IMG/VR virus record: IMGVR_UViG_3300030106_006575 | Strand: one strand, 5' to 3' | Length of the DNA: 64,000 bases | Source: an uncultured virus (IMG/VR IMGVR_UViG_3300030106_006575) | Taxonomy: Duplodnaviria; Heunggongvirae; Uroviricota; Caudoviricetes | Shown: positions 18,131-26,642 of the stretch, in pieces | Layout: each line of letters starts with the position of its first letter | Position numbering within the stretch: position 1 is the first letter of the stretch | Made by a program: the position numbers and the translations under genes | Notes under the pieces: model-generated | Seen by the model: the letters and a program-made list of their open reading frames with translations, nothing else | The model's database searches: none | What the model was told of the DNA's origin: nothing

Positions 18131-18919
18131 ATGAAATATCATATCAACAATGAATCAAATATTGATATATCGTCTGTTAAGCACTTGTTTGACAGCTTTA
18201 TTCCCTTTGCATCCAAGTACTTGGGCATCTCCAAGTGTCCAAAAATTAACTTTGTTTCAGATCAAGACAACGCCAAGCTTCCCCTTGGAAAGACTGGTTT
18301 TTACGATCCGGGCGCAAAAAGCATCACCATTTTCACTGATAACCGGCATATAAAAGACATTTTAAGGTCATTATCGCACGAATTGGTCCACCACAAGCAG
18401 AATCTACAAGGAATGTTTGACCAGGCTGGGTTTACGGGGCCGGGATATGCACAGAAAAATCAACATTTGAGAGGTATGGAGCGAGAAGCATACGAAAAAG
18501 GCAATTTATGCTTAAGAGATTGGGAAGATACACATAAAAAACAGCTTCAAGAGTCTATTTATAACATTAAAGGAGATAATTCAAAAATGAGTTACAAAAA
18601 ATGGAGAAATCAAGAGATTAATGATCGATTGATGGAGTCATGGGGCTTTAACGCTCCAGAGACTAAAATCTTAAAAGAATCCACTGAACTTGGGGAATCC
18701 GAAGAAGTCGTTGAGGAGTCTGAGGAGCTTAGCGAAGGTGATGATTTGGAAATGGTTGACCACGACAGTGATCCAGAAACACCAGAAGTCCCAGAGTATG
18801 CGGCTGACGGTGCAGGACCCAATGACCTTTTGGGCGAAATAAACGAGAATATTATTCGCGAAAGCATCAGAAAAGCAATCACCAAAGCCCTCAAAGAGCG
18901 CTCAAACAAGGAAGATTAA
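18131..18919 (+). CDS. zincin-like (HExxH) metallopeptidase domain protein
   Basis: GFYDP...ILRSLSHELVHHKQ...EREAY; acidic C-terminal tail. Confidence 0.75.
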   Translation: MKYHINNESNIDISSVKHLFDSFIPFASKYLGISKCPKINFVSDQDNAKLPLGKTGFYDPGAKSITIFTDNRHIKDILRSLSHELVHHKQNLQGMFDQAGFTGPGYAQKNQHLRGMEREAYEKGNLCLRDWEDTHKKQLQESIYNIKGDNSKMSYKKWRNQEINDRLMESWGFNAPETKILKESTELGESEEVVEESEELSEGDDLEMVDHDSDPETPEVPEYAADGAGPNDLLGEINENIIRESIRKAITKALKERSNKED

Positions 18920-18922
18920 TGA

Positions 18923-19225
18923 ATGGCTGGTAAACGCTTAATCGGTGATGACAATTCTATCAACTCGTTTGATGGAAAGACAGATCAGATTCACGGACAA
19001 TTTGATTCCGCTGCCCCGGATCCGGTCCTCTCAGCGCAAGAAATTGCGCCTCAGATTCCATTTTCAAGGTGCGTGCCCGGGCCTCTTAGCTTAAGGCAAC
19101 GGGTGAGCAGCCTGACCCAGATCTACGGCGATCTTGGTTATTACAGCTATGCGCCCGTCTCTGACGATACGGGAATTGGAACATCACCAGCCTACTCAGT
19201 AACAAAAGATAATACAGGAAATTAA
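18923..19225 (+). CDS. hypothetical protein
   Basis: 100-aa ORF tightly packed between neighbours. Confidence 0.65.
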   Translation: MAGKRLIGDDNSINSFDGKTDQIHGQFDSAAPDPVLSAQEIAPQIPFSRCVPGPLSLRQRVSSLTQIYGDLGYYSYAPVSDDTGIGTSPAYSVTKDNTGN

Positions 19226-19237
19226 AGGAGACTTATT

Positions 19238-19501
19238 ATGAGTTTAACAAAAGGAGAAAAGCGAAAGCTTGAAGCAAAGCTTAATCGCTCAAAGAATCCA
19301 GAAAAGATAAAACGATATCGAAAAGCTTTAGGGCTTGATAATCCAGAGCCAGTCGTTGAGACAGCACCGGAACCGGTCGTTGAAGCTGCCCCAGAGCCAG
19401 TCGTTGAGGCTGCTCCAGTGGCTGAGGAGGCGCCTGCCCCTAAACCAAAGCCGAAAAGAAGGATTTATCGACGACGAAAAACTACCAAAACTGAGGAGTA
19501 A
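19238..19501 (+). CDS. small basic protein with Pro/Glu/Ala repeats
   Basis: AAGGAG RBS; PEPVVE(T/A)A x3; Lys/Arg-rich ends. Confidence 0.75.
   Translation: MSLTKGEKRKLEAKLNRSKNPEKIKRYRKALGLDNPEPVVETAPEPVVEAAPEPVVEAAPVAEEAPAPKPKPKRRIYRRRKTTKTEE
19343..19414 (+). repeat. 24-bp coding tandem repeat x3
   Basis: CCAGAGCCAGTCGTTGAG-type units encoding PEPVVExA. Confidence 0.85.
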
Positions 19502-19509
19502 ATAAGATT

Positions 19510-21654
19510 ATGAGCTTCTTTATTGCGGAAGGTGGTGTCGCTGGGCACATGAACCACCTTTATGATAACCCCGGGCTAACCTTTCGTGAGATGAAGCAGA
19601 TCTTTCAGGCTGCTTCGAAGGGCGAGTTAAAAGGCACAGAAAAGACCGATGGTCAGAATTTGCAGCTTTCGTATGATGTTCAGACGAGTACTGCTCGCGC
19701 AGCCCGCAACAAAGGTAATATCAAAGCTGGGGGTTTAGATGCCGCTGGTCTTGCTGCCAAGTTTGGTGGACGTGGGGCACTTGAAACCGCCTTCACTGAA
19801 GCGTTTGCTGCCTTCGAAGAAGCTGTTGGAAGGATGTCTATCGAGGAGCGCGAAGAAATCTTTGGACCAAATACAAACGTATATTACAACGCCGAGGTTC
19901 AAGACCCTCGTGCGGCCAACCTTATTAACTACGATCTACCTACTTTGACCATCCATAGAGTTGGCCATAATGAGTATGATCGGGAAACTGGCGCCGCCAC
20001 GGGTAGAGACGTTACTGGTAACGCCAAGAAGCTTGCTGCTGCTCTAGATAGAGTTCAGGGTGAAAGACAAGAAGGCAAATTTTTCGTCCAAATGAACGCT
20101 ATTAGAAAGCTGGAAGCCTTAAGTGATGACACAGCCGCTAACTTGGCTATAGCACGACTTGAAAAAGTTTTGAGTGATGCCGGCATTTCTGATAATCAGA
20201 CCGTGGCAGAATATATGATATCCAGAGTTGAAGCAATGGTAGACGAAAAGGTTGCTTTGCCTGGTGATACTAAAATCGAATTAATGAAAAGGATTTTCAA
20301 GGAGCCTGGTGCTAATATTCGGACTGTCTTGGGTATGATCCCCAAAGAAGATGTCGGAACTATCACTGCTGTTCGTGAATTAGTTGATGGTGCCGGGAAG
20401 CTTAAATTCAACGCAATCGCTCCTGTCGAGGAGATTGTCCACGACTTTGCCGTAGAGATGCTTAAAGGGCTGCACAGCGCGTTTATTCTTGATAACGAGG
20501 CAGAAGTCGAGCGGCTCCGTCAAGAGACTTCTAGGGCTATTACAGCCATCGAAAACAGTGGTTCCGAAGAAGCCATAGAAATACTTACGAAACAAATGAG
20601 TAAACTCAAAGATGTTGAGGGTGTCTCGACAGCTGCCGAAGGATTTGTTTTTGATTATGATGGAGTGACTTATAAATTCACTGGAAACTTTGCTCCCATG
20701 AATCAACTTCTTGGACTTTTCAAATATGGTCGAGGAAATGTGCCTCCCTTAGAAAAAGTCGACGAAGAGGTCGACATTGAGATTGATATTCAGCGTACAG
20801 TTGCCTTGGTACCTGGCGCCTTTAAGCCTCCTCACAAGGGACACTTAGAGATGGTTCAACACTACGCTAATATGGCTGATAAGGTCGTTATCATGGTTTC
20901 TCCGCTGTCTAGACGCACCCCAAGTGGCAAAGAAGTGGGATTTTCCGCCTCAAAAGCAATCTGGGAGATATATCTTCGAGATATAGGACTCTTGGATAAG
21001 GTTAGCGTCATTCGTTCTCCTGTTAACTCTCCTGTGTCTGCAACTTATCAGTTTGTTGAAAATGAAGACGATAATCCAGAGTTGGCACAACCGGGAGATC
21101 ATGTTATTCCTGGTTGCAGCACCAAAGGTGGTGATGAGTCAAGGTTTCAAGCAAACTTTGAGAAGTATGCTCGCGATGGCGTTTCTATAGCAGACCCTAT
21201 CAGTTGTGCTTTCATGGCTTCTGGTGGAGCTTTAAGTGCAAGTGATTTTCGTGCCGCTCTAGATGCCGGCACTGGTTTGGAAAGATTTATACCAGAGTCA
21301 ACCGATCCCAACGAAATATTAGCTATCCTCGGCATCCAGCCAGGACCACAGCCCGAAAGACCCACTACGGAGTCTATACTTACTGATCTAGTTTACGAGA
21401 TACTCAATGAAAGAAAGAAAAAGACATATATGGAAATGGATGGCCTCCAAGATGGAGATTCGGGTACAGATGGTAGTGGTGAGTTAGAGGAAATCTCGAC
21501 CGCCGGCGGTTCTGGAGGTCAGCCGGGGTCTGTTGAAGGCGGAGGACGAGATATTGATGAAGACGAAGAGCCTTCCCTTATCCGTGAAAAAGAAGTAGTC
21601 GTTGAACGTGTTTTAAACTATTTACTACAGCATAAGGGGCTACAACATGGTTGA
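19510..21654 (+). CDS. RNA-ligase-like nucleotidyltransferase domain fused to a HIGH-family nucleotidyltransferase domain
   Basis: EKTDGQN, ARNK, YNAEV, EGFVF, YKFTG; then PGAFKPPHKGH and LSASDFR. Confidence 0.7.
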   Translation: MSFFIAEGGVAGHMNHLYDNPGLTFREMKQIFQAASKGELKGTEKTDGQNLQLSYDVQTSTARAARNKGNIKAGGLDAAGLAAKFGGRGALETAFTEAFAAFEEAVGRMSIEEREEIFGPNTNVYYNAEVQDPRAANLINYDLPTLTIHRVGHNEYDRETGAATGRDVTGNAKKLAAALDRVQGERQEGKFFVQMNAIRKLEALSDDTAANLAIARLEKVLSDAGISDNQTVAEYMISRVEAMVDEKVALPGDTKIELMKRIFKEPGANIRTVLGMIPKEDVGTITAVRELVDGAGKLKFNAIAPVEEIVHDFAVEMLKGLHSAFILDNEAEVERLRQETSRAITAIENSGSEEAIEILTKQMSKLKDVEGVSTAAEGFVFDYDGVTYKFTGNFAPMNQLLGLFKYGRGNVPPLEKVDEEVDIEIDIQRTVALVPGAFKPPHKGHLEMVQHYANMADKVVIMVSPLSRRTPSGKEVGFSASKAIWEIYLRDIGLLDKVSVIRSPVNSPVSATYQFVENEDDNPELAQPGDHVIPGCSTKGGDESRFQANFEKYARDGVSIADPISCAFMASGGALSASDFRAALDAGTGLERFIPESTDPNEILAILGIQPGPQPERPTTESILTDLVYEILNERKKKTYMEMDGLQDGDSGTDGSGELEEISTAGGSGGQPGSVEGGGRDIDEDEEPSLIREKEVVVERVLNYLLQHKGLQHG

Positions 21655-22411
21655 TAGAAATGAAATAATTGAAGAGATGATGTTGCGTAAAGTTATTCGC
21701 AAGATTGTTGAAAAAGCTAGAAAGGAACAGAAAGAAAAAGAAGTACTTGAAGAGCAGTTTCTAAGAAAGGTTATTCAAAAAGTTATTCTTCTTGAAAAGA
21801 CACCAGTAGCTGACGAAACACCACACGAAAAAACTGGTATTAATATCCTTCGAAAGACTCTCAAGAAAGTCATTCCTCAGATCAAAGATGACTATATGAG
21901 CCTGACCACTGATCAAGCACAAAGAAAATCATATATGGCTCACCTTGTCAACGGAATCGACAATCTATTGGCTCCCATAGAGGCCAACCTAGATGCTCCT
22001 GAGCCCGCTGGAGATATCGAAGAAGATGTCTCAATAAATATTGGCGGAGAGGAAGATAAGTTCATCGACGTTGGAGATCTTGGACTTGGTAATGAAGAGC
22101 CTGAAGAGCCTGAAATAGAGGTCGATGATGATGAAATGACTCTCACTAAAGGATTAGAAGATGCCGAACATGATGCAACCGGTAGAAATGTAGCATTAAG
22201 CACATTTAAACAAATTCAAGGTACCATCGTTGATGACTTTGGTGAGCTGGCTAACGATGAAGATAGAGAGCTGTATCACGATTATCTGAAAACGAATGTT
22301 CTTATGTATAGAGACAAATTCGAAGATGCTCTTTCTCCTAGCCTACCAGAGCCTACTACTCCAGAGTATGAAAAAGAAGAGAGTAATTTAGAAGAATTAA
22401 TAGAATTTTAA
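21647..22411 (+). CDS. acidic hypothetical protein
   Basis: LRKVIRKIVE / LRKVIQKVILLE repeated; ACTATTTA upstream. Confidence 0.75.
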   Translation: MVDRNEIIEEMMLRKVIRKIVEKARKEQKEKEVLEEQFLRKVIQKVILLEKTPVADETPHEKTGINILRKTLKKVIPQIKDDYMSLTTDQAQRKSYMAHLVNGIDNLLAPIEANLDAPEPAGDIEEDVSINIGGEEDKFIDVGDLGLGNEEPEEPEIEVDDDEMTLTKGLEDAEHDATGRNVALSTFKQIQGTIVDDFGELANDEDRELYHDYLKTNVLMYRDKFEDALSPSLPEPTTPEYEKEESNLEELIEF

Positions 22412-22458
22412 TATATTAATTAATTTATTAATTTAATTATAATTATATAATACACAAA

Positions 22459-22818
22459 ATGTCTTGGAAAAGAAAGAAACTAAGAAAAGGACGTAATACT
22501 CATTATAGTCTATCCAATAAGCTACGTCAAGAAAAAAAAACAAATGATGATTTCGAAGCTATGCTCGGTAATTTATCTTTAGAAGAAGTCATAGGACTTA
22601 AGATGGAGTTAGCTGGTAAGCCAGTTAATAATCGATTTTATGGATTTCCTTTGTGGAATAACTTGACAAATATTGTCAGAGATGCTATATTTAAGTATGC
22701 TTATTCTGCTACAAGGACGCAAGTGGAAGCAATGAGATTTCTTGGTCTGAGACCCGCAAGATTTCAGAAACTAAAGAAAAAATATAATCCTATTTCTTAT
22801 TTTGAGAAAAATACATAA
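22459..22818 (+). CDS. Fis-type HTH DNA-binding protein
   Basis: C-terminal RTQVEAMRFLGLRPARFQKLKKKY resembles an HTH_8/Fis helix-turn-helix. Confidence 0.6.
   Translation: MSWKRKKLRKGRNTHYSLSNKLRQEKKTNDDFEAMLGNLSLEEVIGLKMELAGKPVNNRFYGFPLWNNLTNIVRDAIFKYAYSATRTQVEAMRFLGLRPARFQKLKKKYNPISYFEKNT
22663..22691 (+). promoter_or_regulatory. sigma70-type promoter inside a CDS, upstream of tmRNA
   Basis: TTGACA-17 nt-TATATT with extended TG. Confidence 0.6.
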
Positions 22819-22827
22819 TATTTATAT

Positions 22828-23153
22828 GGGGGCGATTTGGCTTCGACGGGGCACGGAAGAGGATAGTGCAGGCAGTCGTGATGACTTAAAAGATCAAAAA
22901 ATTTGATAATTGCAGAAGACAATAATCAATTCGAACTCGCCCTAGCGGCATAGTTTGTGGGGTTTCTGGTTACCTTATTACCCAAATCCAGATAAGCAGG
23001 TGGTTCTGCTGAAAATAAAACACCCGGGTTGCTGATGTTTGTAGGCAACGGGATTTAACAAGCAAATTTGCTGATTTAGAAAAATCAGATAAGCCTGTGA
23101 ACGACTAAAATTGGAAAATGTTTCGGACAGGGGTTCGACTCCCCTCGCCTCCA
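22828..23153 (+). ncRNA. ssrA: tmRNA (tag AEDNNQFELALAA at 22912-22953)
   Basis: GGGGGCG/CGCCTCC acceptor with G3:U70, TTCGAC after the 5' end, T arm GGGGTTCGACTCCCC, tag ORF ending LAA-stop. CCA not encoded. Confidence 0.95.
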
Positions 23154-23165
23154 TCATTTTATGAT

Positions 23166-23405
23166 ATGAAACAAAAAAAGAAATGTCCGTTCAAGAAAGG
23201 TCACAGAGTTCGATTTCGAAGCTCCAAGGATAAAAGGTGCGGCCTTGTCATGTCAAGTGATTGGGTCACCATTGGGGATCGCATGACTTGTACAATGCCC
23301 GGAGGCCCGCTAATCATGGAGGGATATATCTTAGTGCAGTGGACATTTAAGGACAGAAAGCGTATTTGTATGGACAAGTTTGAGGATTTAGAATTGTGCA
23401 CTTAA
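23166..23405 (+). CDS. small SH3/KOW-like protein
   Basis: FKKGHRV...CGLVMS...LVQWT; start moved to the ATG after the tmRNA. Confidence 0.6.
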   Translation: MKQKKKCPFKKGHRVRFRSSKDKRCGLVMSSDWVTIGDRMTCTMPGGPLIMEGYILVQWTFKDRKRICMDKFEDLELCT

Positions 23406-23423
23406 TCACAGGGGAAATTTAAG

Positions 23424-23630
23424 ATGTGGGAAGTTTGGATCGAAGATCACTATATTCAAGGAAGGCTGCTAAAAACGTTTGAAAATAAAGAGGCAGCAGT
23501 AAAGTTCGCGAAAAAGCACATAAAATATAAATATCTGGCGCCCCATCGCCACAACAATAAAAAGAAAAAAGAGTTCTTCCTAGAGGACGAAAATCATATG
23601 CCCGTCGGCATGATCATTAAGCGCCCTTAG
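23424..23630 (+). CDS. hypothetical protein
   Basis: AGGGG RBS; stop codon lies inside the tRNA-Arg. Confidence 0.65.
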   Translation: MWEVWIEDHYIQGRLLKTFENKEAAVKFAKKHIKYKYLAPHRHNNKKKKEFFLEDENHMPVGMIIKRP

Positions 23631-23697
23631 CTCAGTTGGATAGAGCATCGGCCTTCTAAGCCGAGGGCCACAGGTTCGAATCCTGTAGGGCGTACCA
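23621..23697 (+). tRNA. tRNA-Arg(UCU)
   Basis: GCGCCCT/AGGGCGT acceptor, anticodon arm TCGGC-CTTCTAA-GCCGA, GGTTCGAATCC, CCA. Confidence 0.97.
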
Positions 23698-23801
23698 TTA
23701 ATATTTAAATGTTATTAAGGCATTTATTGACTAGTTACAGTATAATAAAGACTTATTTAAATCACTATTAACCACTAACATTCAAAACACAGAGAGGAAG
23801 A

Positions 23802-24236
23802 ATGAAAAGCAATAAGCAAGTAGTCGTTTCGGGTGGATTTGATCCGATTCACGTTGGTCATCTAAGGATGTTTAAAGATGCAGCTAGACATGGCGATCTT
23901 ACTGTCGTGATTAACTCCGACGAATGGCTTTTGAGAAAGAAGGGTTATATATTTATGCCTTGGGACGAGAGAGCAGAACTGATATCTTCATTTACATGTG
24001 TATCGGATGTGCTACAGGCCAAAGATGACGACAACACTGTATGTGAGAGCCTGAGAGAAATAGCACCAGATATTTTTGCAAACGGTGGAGACAGAGGAGA
24101 AAATAATACACCAGAATCTCGTCTTTGTGAGGAACTAGGAATTCAAACAATTTATAATGTCGGCGGTGAAAAAGTCCGCAGTAGTTCTACTTTAGTAAGT
24201 AAAGCTAAACGATCTAAGAAAATCATCGCATTATGA
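23802..24236 (+). CDS. HIGH-family cytidylyltransferase (TagD/RfaE-like)
   Basis: SGGFDPIHVGH, INSDEWLLRKKG, FANGGDR, KVRSSS. Confidence 0.9.
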   Translation: MKSNKQVVVSGGFDPIHVGHLRMFKDAARHGDLTVVINSDEWLLRKKGYIFMPWDERAELISSFTCVSDVLQAKDDDNTVCESLREIAPDIFANGGDRGENNTPESRLCEELGIQTIYNVGGEKVRSSSTLVSKAKRSKKIIAL

Positions 24237-24243
24237 CTTAATA

Positions 24244-24317
24244 CGTCCCCCCTACCCGCAGGGAGGCACGGGGTTAAAACTATCTAAAACCATTGATAGT
24301 TTTTAAACAGGTGTCTC
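24244..24317 (+). ncRNA. candidate structured RNA element
   Basis: GAGGCAC/GTGTCTC stem encloses an AAAACTATC/GATAGTTTT hairpin; possible pseudoknot with the upstream CCC. Confidence 0.4.
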
Positions 24318-24359
24318 ATTTTATTTTCCCGATGATATATACTATTGGGGGATAATCGT

Positions 24360-24566
24360 ATGATAGAGGATTCCAAAAGTCTTGAGGGACACTCTCTAGT
24401 CTGTGTAAAAGAGGCTGGCGTCTTGGTACCCGGCACTATTGTATACTGCTTTTGCGACGAAGGAACAAATGGTTATTTTTGGGTTACAACTCCAATAAGC
24501 ATAGCCGGTGTAACTCAATTTAAATATACGCAGGGATATAAAAAATATTTCAGAATACTACAATGA
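24360..24566 (+). CDS. hypothetical protein
   Basis: GGGG RBS then ATG; overlaps the next gene (ATGA). Confidence 0.55.
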   Translation: MIEDSKSLEGHSLVCVKEAGVLVPGTIVYCFCDEGTNGYFWVTTPISIAGVTQFKYTQGYKKYFRILQ

Positions 24567-24790
24567 TTAAACAAGGCACATCAGAAAAACTTCTTAAAAG
24601 ATTAGAGGAATCGCAAGATCCAGATCTTTTAGCTCAAATTAAGAATCTCGTAGAGACAACAAGAGATCTGGCAGAAAAAGAAGTGTCTTTTGAAGAGGTT
24701 GCAATGGTGGTTGGATATGCTTATCATTCAGCTAATGACGCAACATTCAAAGTCTTGACCGACTTAATTATCAAAATGACTAAAAAATAA
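24563..24790 (+). CDS. hypothetical protein
   Basis: 75-aa helical ORF followed by a terminator. Confidence 0.65.
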   Translation: MIKQGTSEKLLKRLEESQDPDLLAQIKNLVETTRDLAEKEVSFEEVAMVVGYAYHSANDATFKVLTDLIIKMTKK

Positions 24791-24816
24791 ATTTCTTTAA
24801 ACTACTTTTGTGATAG

Positions 24817-24843
24817 ACCCGCCTCAAAACAGGCGGGTTCTTT
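24817..24843 (+). terminator. Rho-independent terminator
   Basis: ACCCGCCT-CAAAAC-AGGCGGGT followed by TCTTT. Confidence 0.7.
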
Positions 24844-24896
24844 GGTATGAGACTAATTATAAGTGTTGGTCTCCGTACCAATAATAGGGAAAACAA

Positions 24897-26252
24897 ATGG
24901 CAAAGAAAACATATGTTCTGGATACAAGTGCCTGCCTGTCGGACTCTAATTGCATTTATAGTTATTCGAATAACGATATCATAATACCTTTAAAAGTGTT
25001 AGAAGAGATTGACAACCATAAGAAGAGACAAGATGGCGTTGGCGCCCACGCCCGAACAATTATTCGAAATTTCGATGAACTTAGGGCAAAAGGAAATCTT
25101 CAGCAAGGTGTGAGGATTGCTAAGGGTAAGGGAATACTTAAAGTCAGAGGGTCAGATCCGGCATCAATGCCTCCAGATCTAGATCCTTCTATAGCAGATC
25201 ATATTATTATATCGACTGCCATGGCAGAAAACCTTGAAAATGGTAATAGAAAAACCATCGTTGTAAGTCGCGACATCAATATGCGCGTTATCTGCGATTC
25301 TTTGGGACTGATAAGTGAAGACTACACAGAGAATGAAGTAATCAAAAGGGATTCAGATTTATACACTGGATTTACAGAGATTCTAGTGGACGACCAAACT
25401 ATTGACTGTTTCTATGAAAGCGATCCGATTATATTAGACGCCGAAGAGTATCCGAGACTTCACTCAAATCAGTATTTAATGTTGGTATCCAACTCGAATG
25501 ACAAAAAGACTGCTTTATGCAGATTTCTGGATTACAAAAAGCCTCTTCATAAAATATATGATATAAAAGGTGGACTGTGGGGTGTAAAGGCGAAAAATAA
25601 AGAGCAATCATTCGCCCTTGACCTTCTAATGAATCCAGATATTCAGGTCGTTACACTCGTTGGGAAAGCCGGCTCTGGAAAAACTTTATTGGCCATCGCT
25701 GCTGGCTTGGAACAGGTTATGCCAAACTATTCTATAAACAAATTAACCAATAAGCCCCAAACCAGAGATGGGGTATATAAAAAACTTGTAGTGTCTAGAC
25801 CGGTTATGCCAATGGGTAAAGACATCGGCTTCCTCCCAGGCTCTATGGAAGACAAGATGGCGCCATGGCTAGCTCCAATCCAGGACAATCTTAAATTTTT
25901 GACTGCTAACGACCAAGTGACTCTAGATGACTATATGGAACGAGGACTTATTGAGATGGAAGCCCTGACCTATATTCGAGGTCGTTCTATAGCCAACGCA
26001 TACATAGTCATAGATGAGGCTCAGAACCTCACAGCGCACGAGATCAAGACAATCCTTACCAGGGCTGGGGAAGGGACTAAAATCGTCCTCACAGGCGATA
26101 TAGAGCAAATAGACAATGTTTACATTAATGAGACTTCCACTGGACTTGTCCACGCGGTTGAAAAGTTTAAAGGACTAGATTTATCAGGTCATATAACCCT
26201 TAGAAAGGGTGAAAGATCCAAAGTCGCAACAATGGCGGCAAAATATTTATAA
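24897..26252 (+). CDS. phoH: PIN-PhoH family protein (PhoH2/YlaK-like)
   Basis: N-terminal PIN YVLDTS..LEEID..SRDINMR; Walker A GKAGSGKT; IGFLPG, RGRS, DEAQN, GDIEQID. Confidence 0.92.
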   Translation: MAKKTYVLDTSACLSDSNCIYSYSNNDIIIPLKVLEEIDNHKKRQDGVGAHARTIIRNFDELRAKGNLQQGVRIAKGKGILKVRGSDPASMPPDLDPSIADHIIISTAMAENLENGNRKTIVVSRDINMRVICDSLGLISEDYTENEVIKRDSDLYTGFTEILVDDQTIDCFYESDPIILDAEEYPRLHSNQYLMLVSNSNDKKTALCRFLDYKKPLHKIYDIKGGLWGVKAKNKEQSFALDLLMNPDIQVVTLVGKAGSGKTLLAIAAGLEQVMPNYSINKLTNKPQTRDGVYKKLVVSRPVMPMGKDIGFLPGSMEDKMAPWLAPIQDNLKFLTANDQVTLDDYMERGLIEMEALTYIRGRSIANAYIVIDEAQNLTAHEIKTILTRAGEGTKIVLTGDIEQIDNVYINETSTGLVHAVEKFKGLDLSGHITLRKGERSKVATMAAKYL

Positions 26253-26257
26253 AGTTC

Positions 26258-26286
26258 TTGACAAGTTCTTAACAACCGGTTATAAT
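26258..26286 (+). promoter_or_regulatory. consensus sigma70 promoter
   Basis: TTGACA-17 nt-TATAAT exact, followed by AAGGAG and ATG 26313. Confidence 0.9.
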
Positions 26287-26312
26287 ACAAGAACAAAGGA
26301 GTTAATTTAAAA

Positions 26313-26642
26313 ATGGAGCAAAATACTGTAGAGGTCAAATCGGACGAAGATTCACTTAATCCCGATTTGGTTAAAGAGTTGGAAAAAGACAGCCCGTTGA
26401 AGGAATGGCTTGTGGATTATGTTGGAACTCAGCACAATCCTGAAAATGATCAGGTTACTTTGGCAATGGTCATTGACGTAATGGCCAAAGAATTCCCCGA
26501 GTTCTTGTTGGCATTAGCTGAAGAGAATTGGATTCGAGGCTATCATCAAGCAATCCAGGATATGGAAACTGGTAGAAAACTTTACGAAGAAGAAATGAGA
26601 AAACAAGCAGAAAATGGACCAGAAGATAAAAAAAATAATTGA
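26313..26642 (+). CDS. hypothetical protein
   Basis: RBS and promoter upstream; EFPEFLLALAEENWIRGY block. Confidence 0.8.
   Translation: MEQNTVEVKSDEDSLNPDLVKELEKDSPLKEWLVDYVGTQHNPENDQVTLAMVIDVMAKEFPEFLLALAEENWIRGYHQAIQDMETGRKLYEEEMRKQAENGPEDKKNN

Noticed and set aside
23118..23165. N-terminal extension of ORF 23118-23405
   Set aside because: Overlaps the tmRNA T arm and acceptor stem; ATG 23166 is more plausible.
24244..24317. HDV-like/theta or hammerhead ribozyme assignment
   Set aside because: Helix order does not fit the HDV topology and no CUGANGA/GAAA core is present; kept only as an unassigned candidate.
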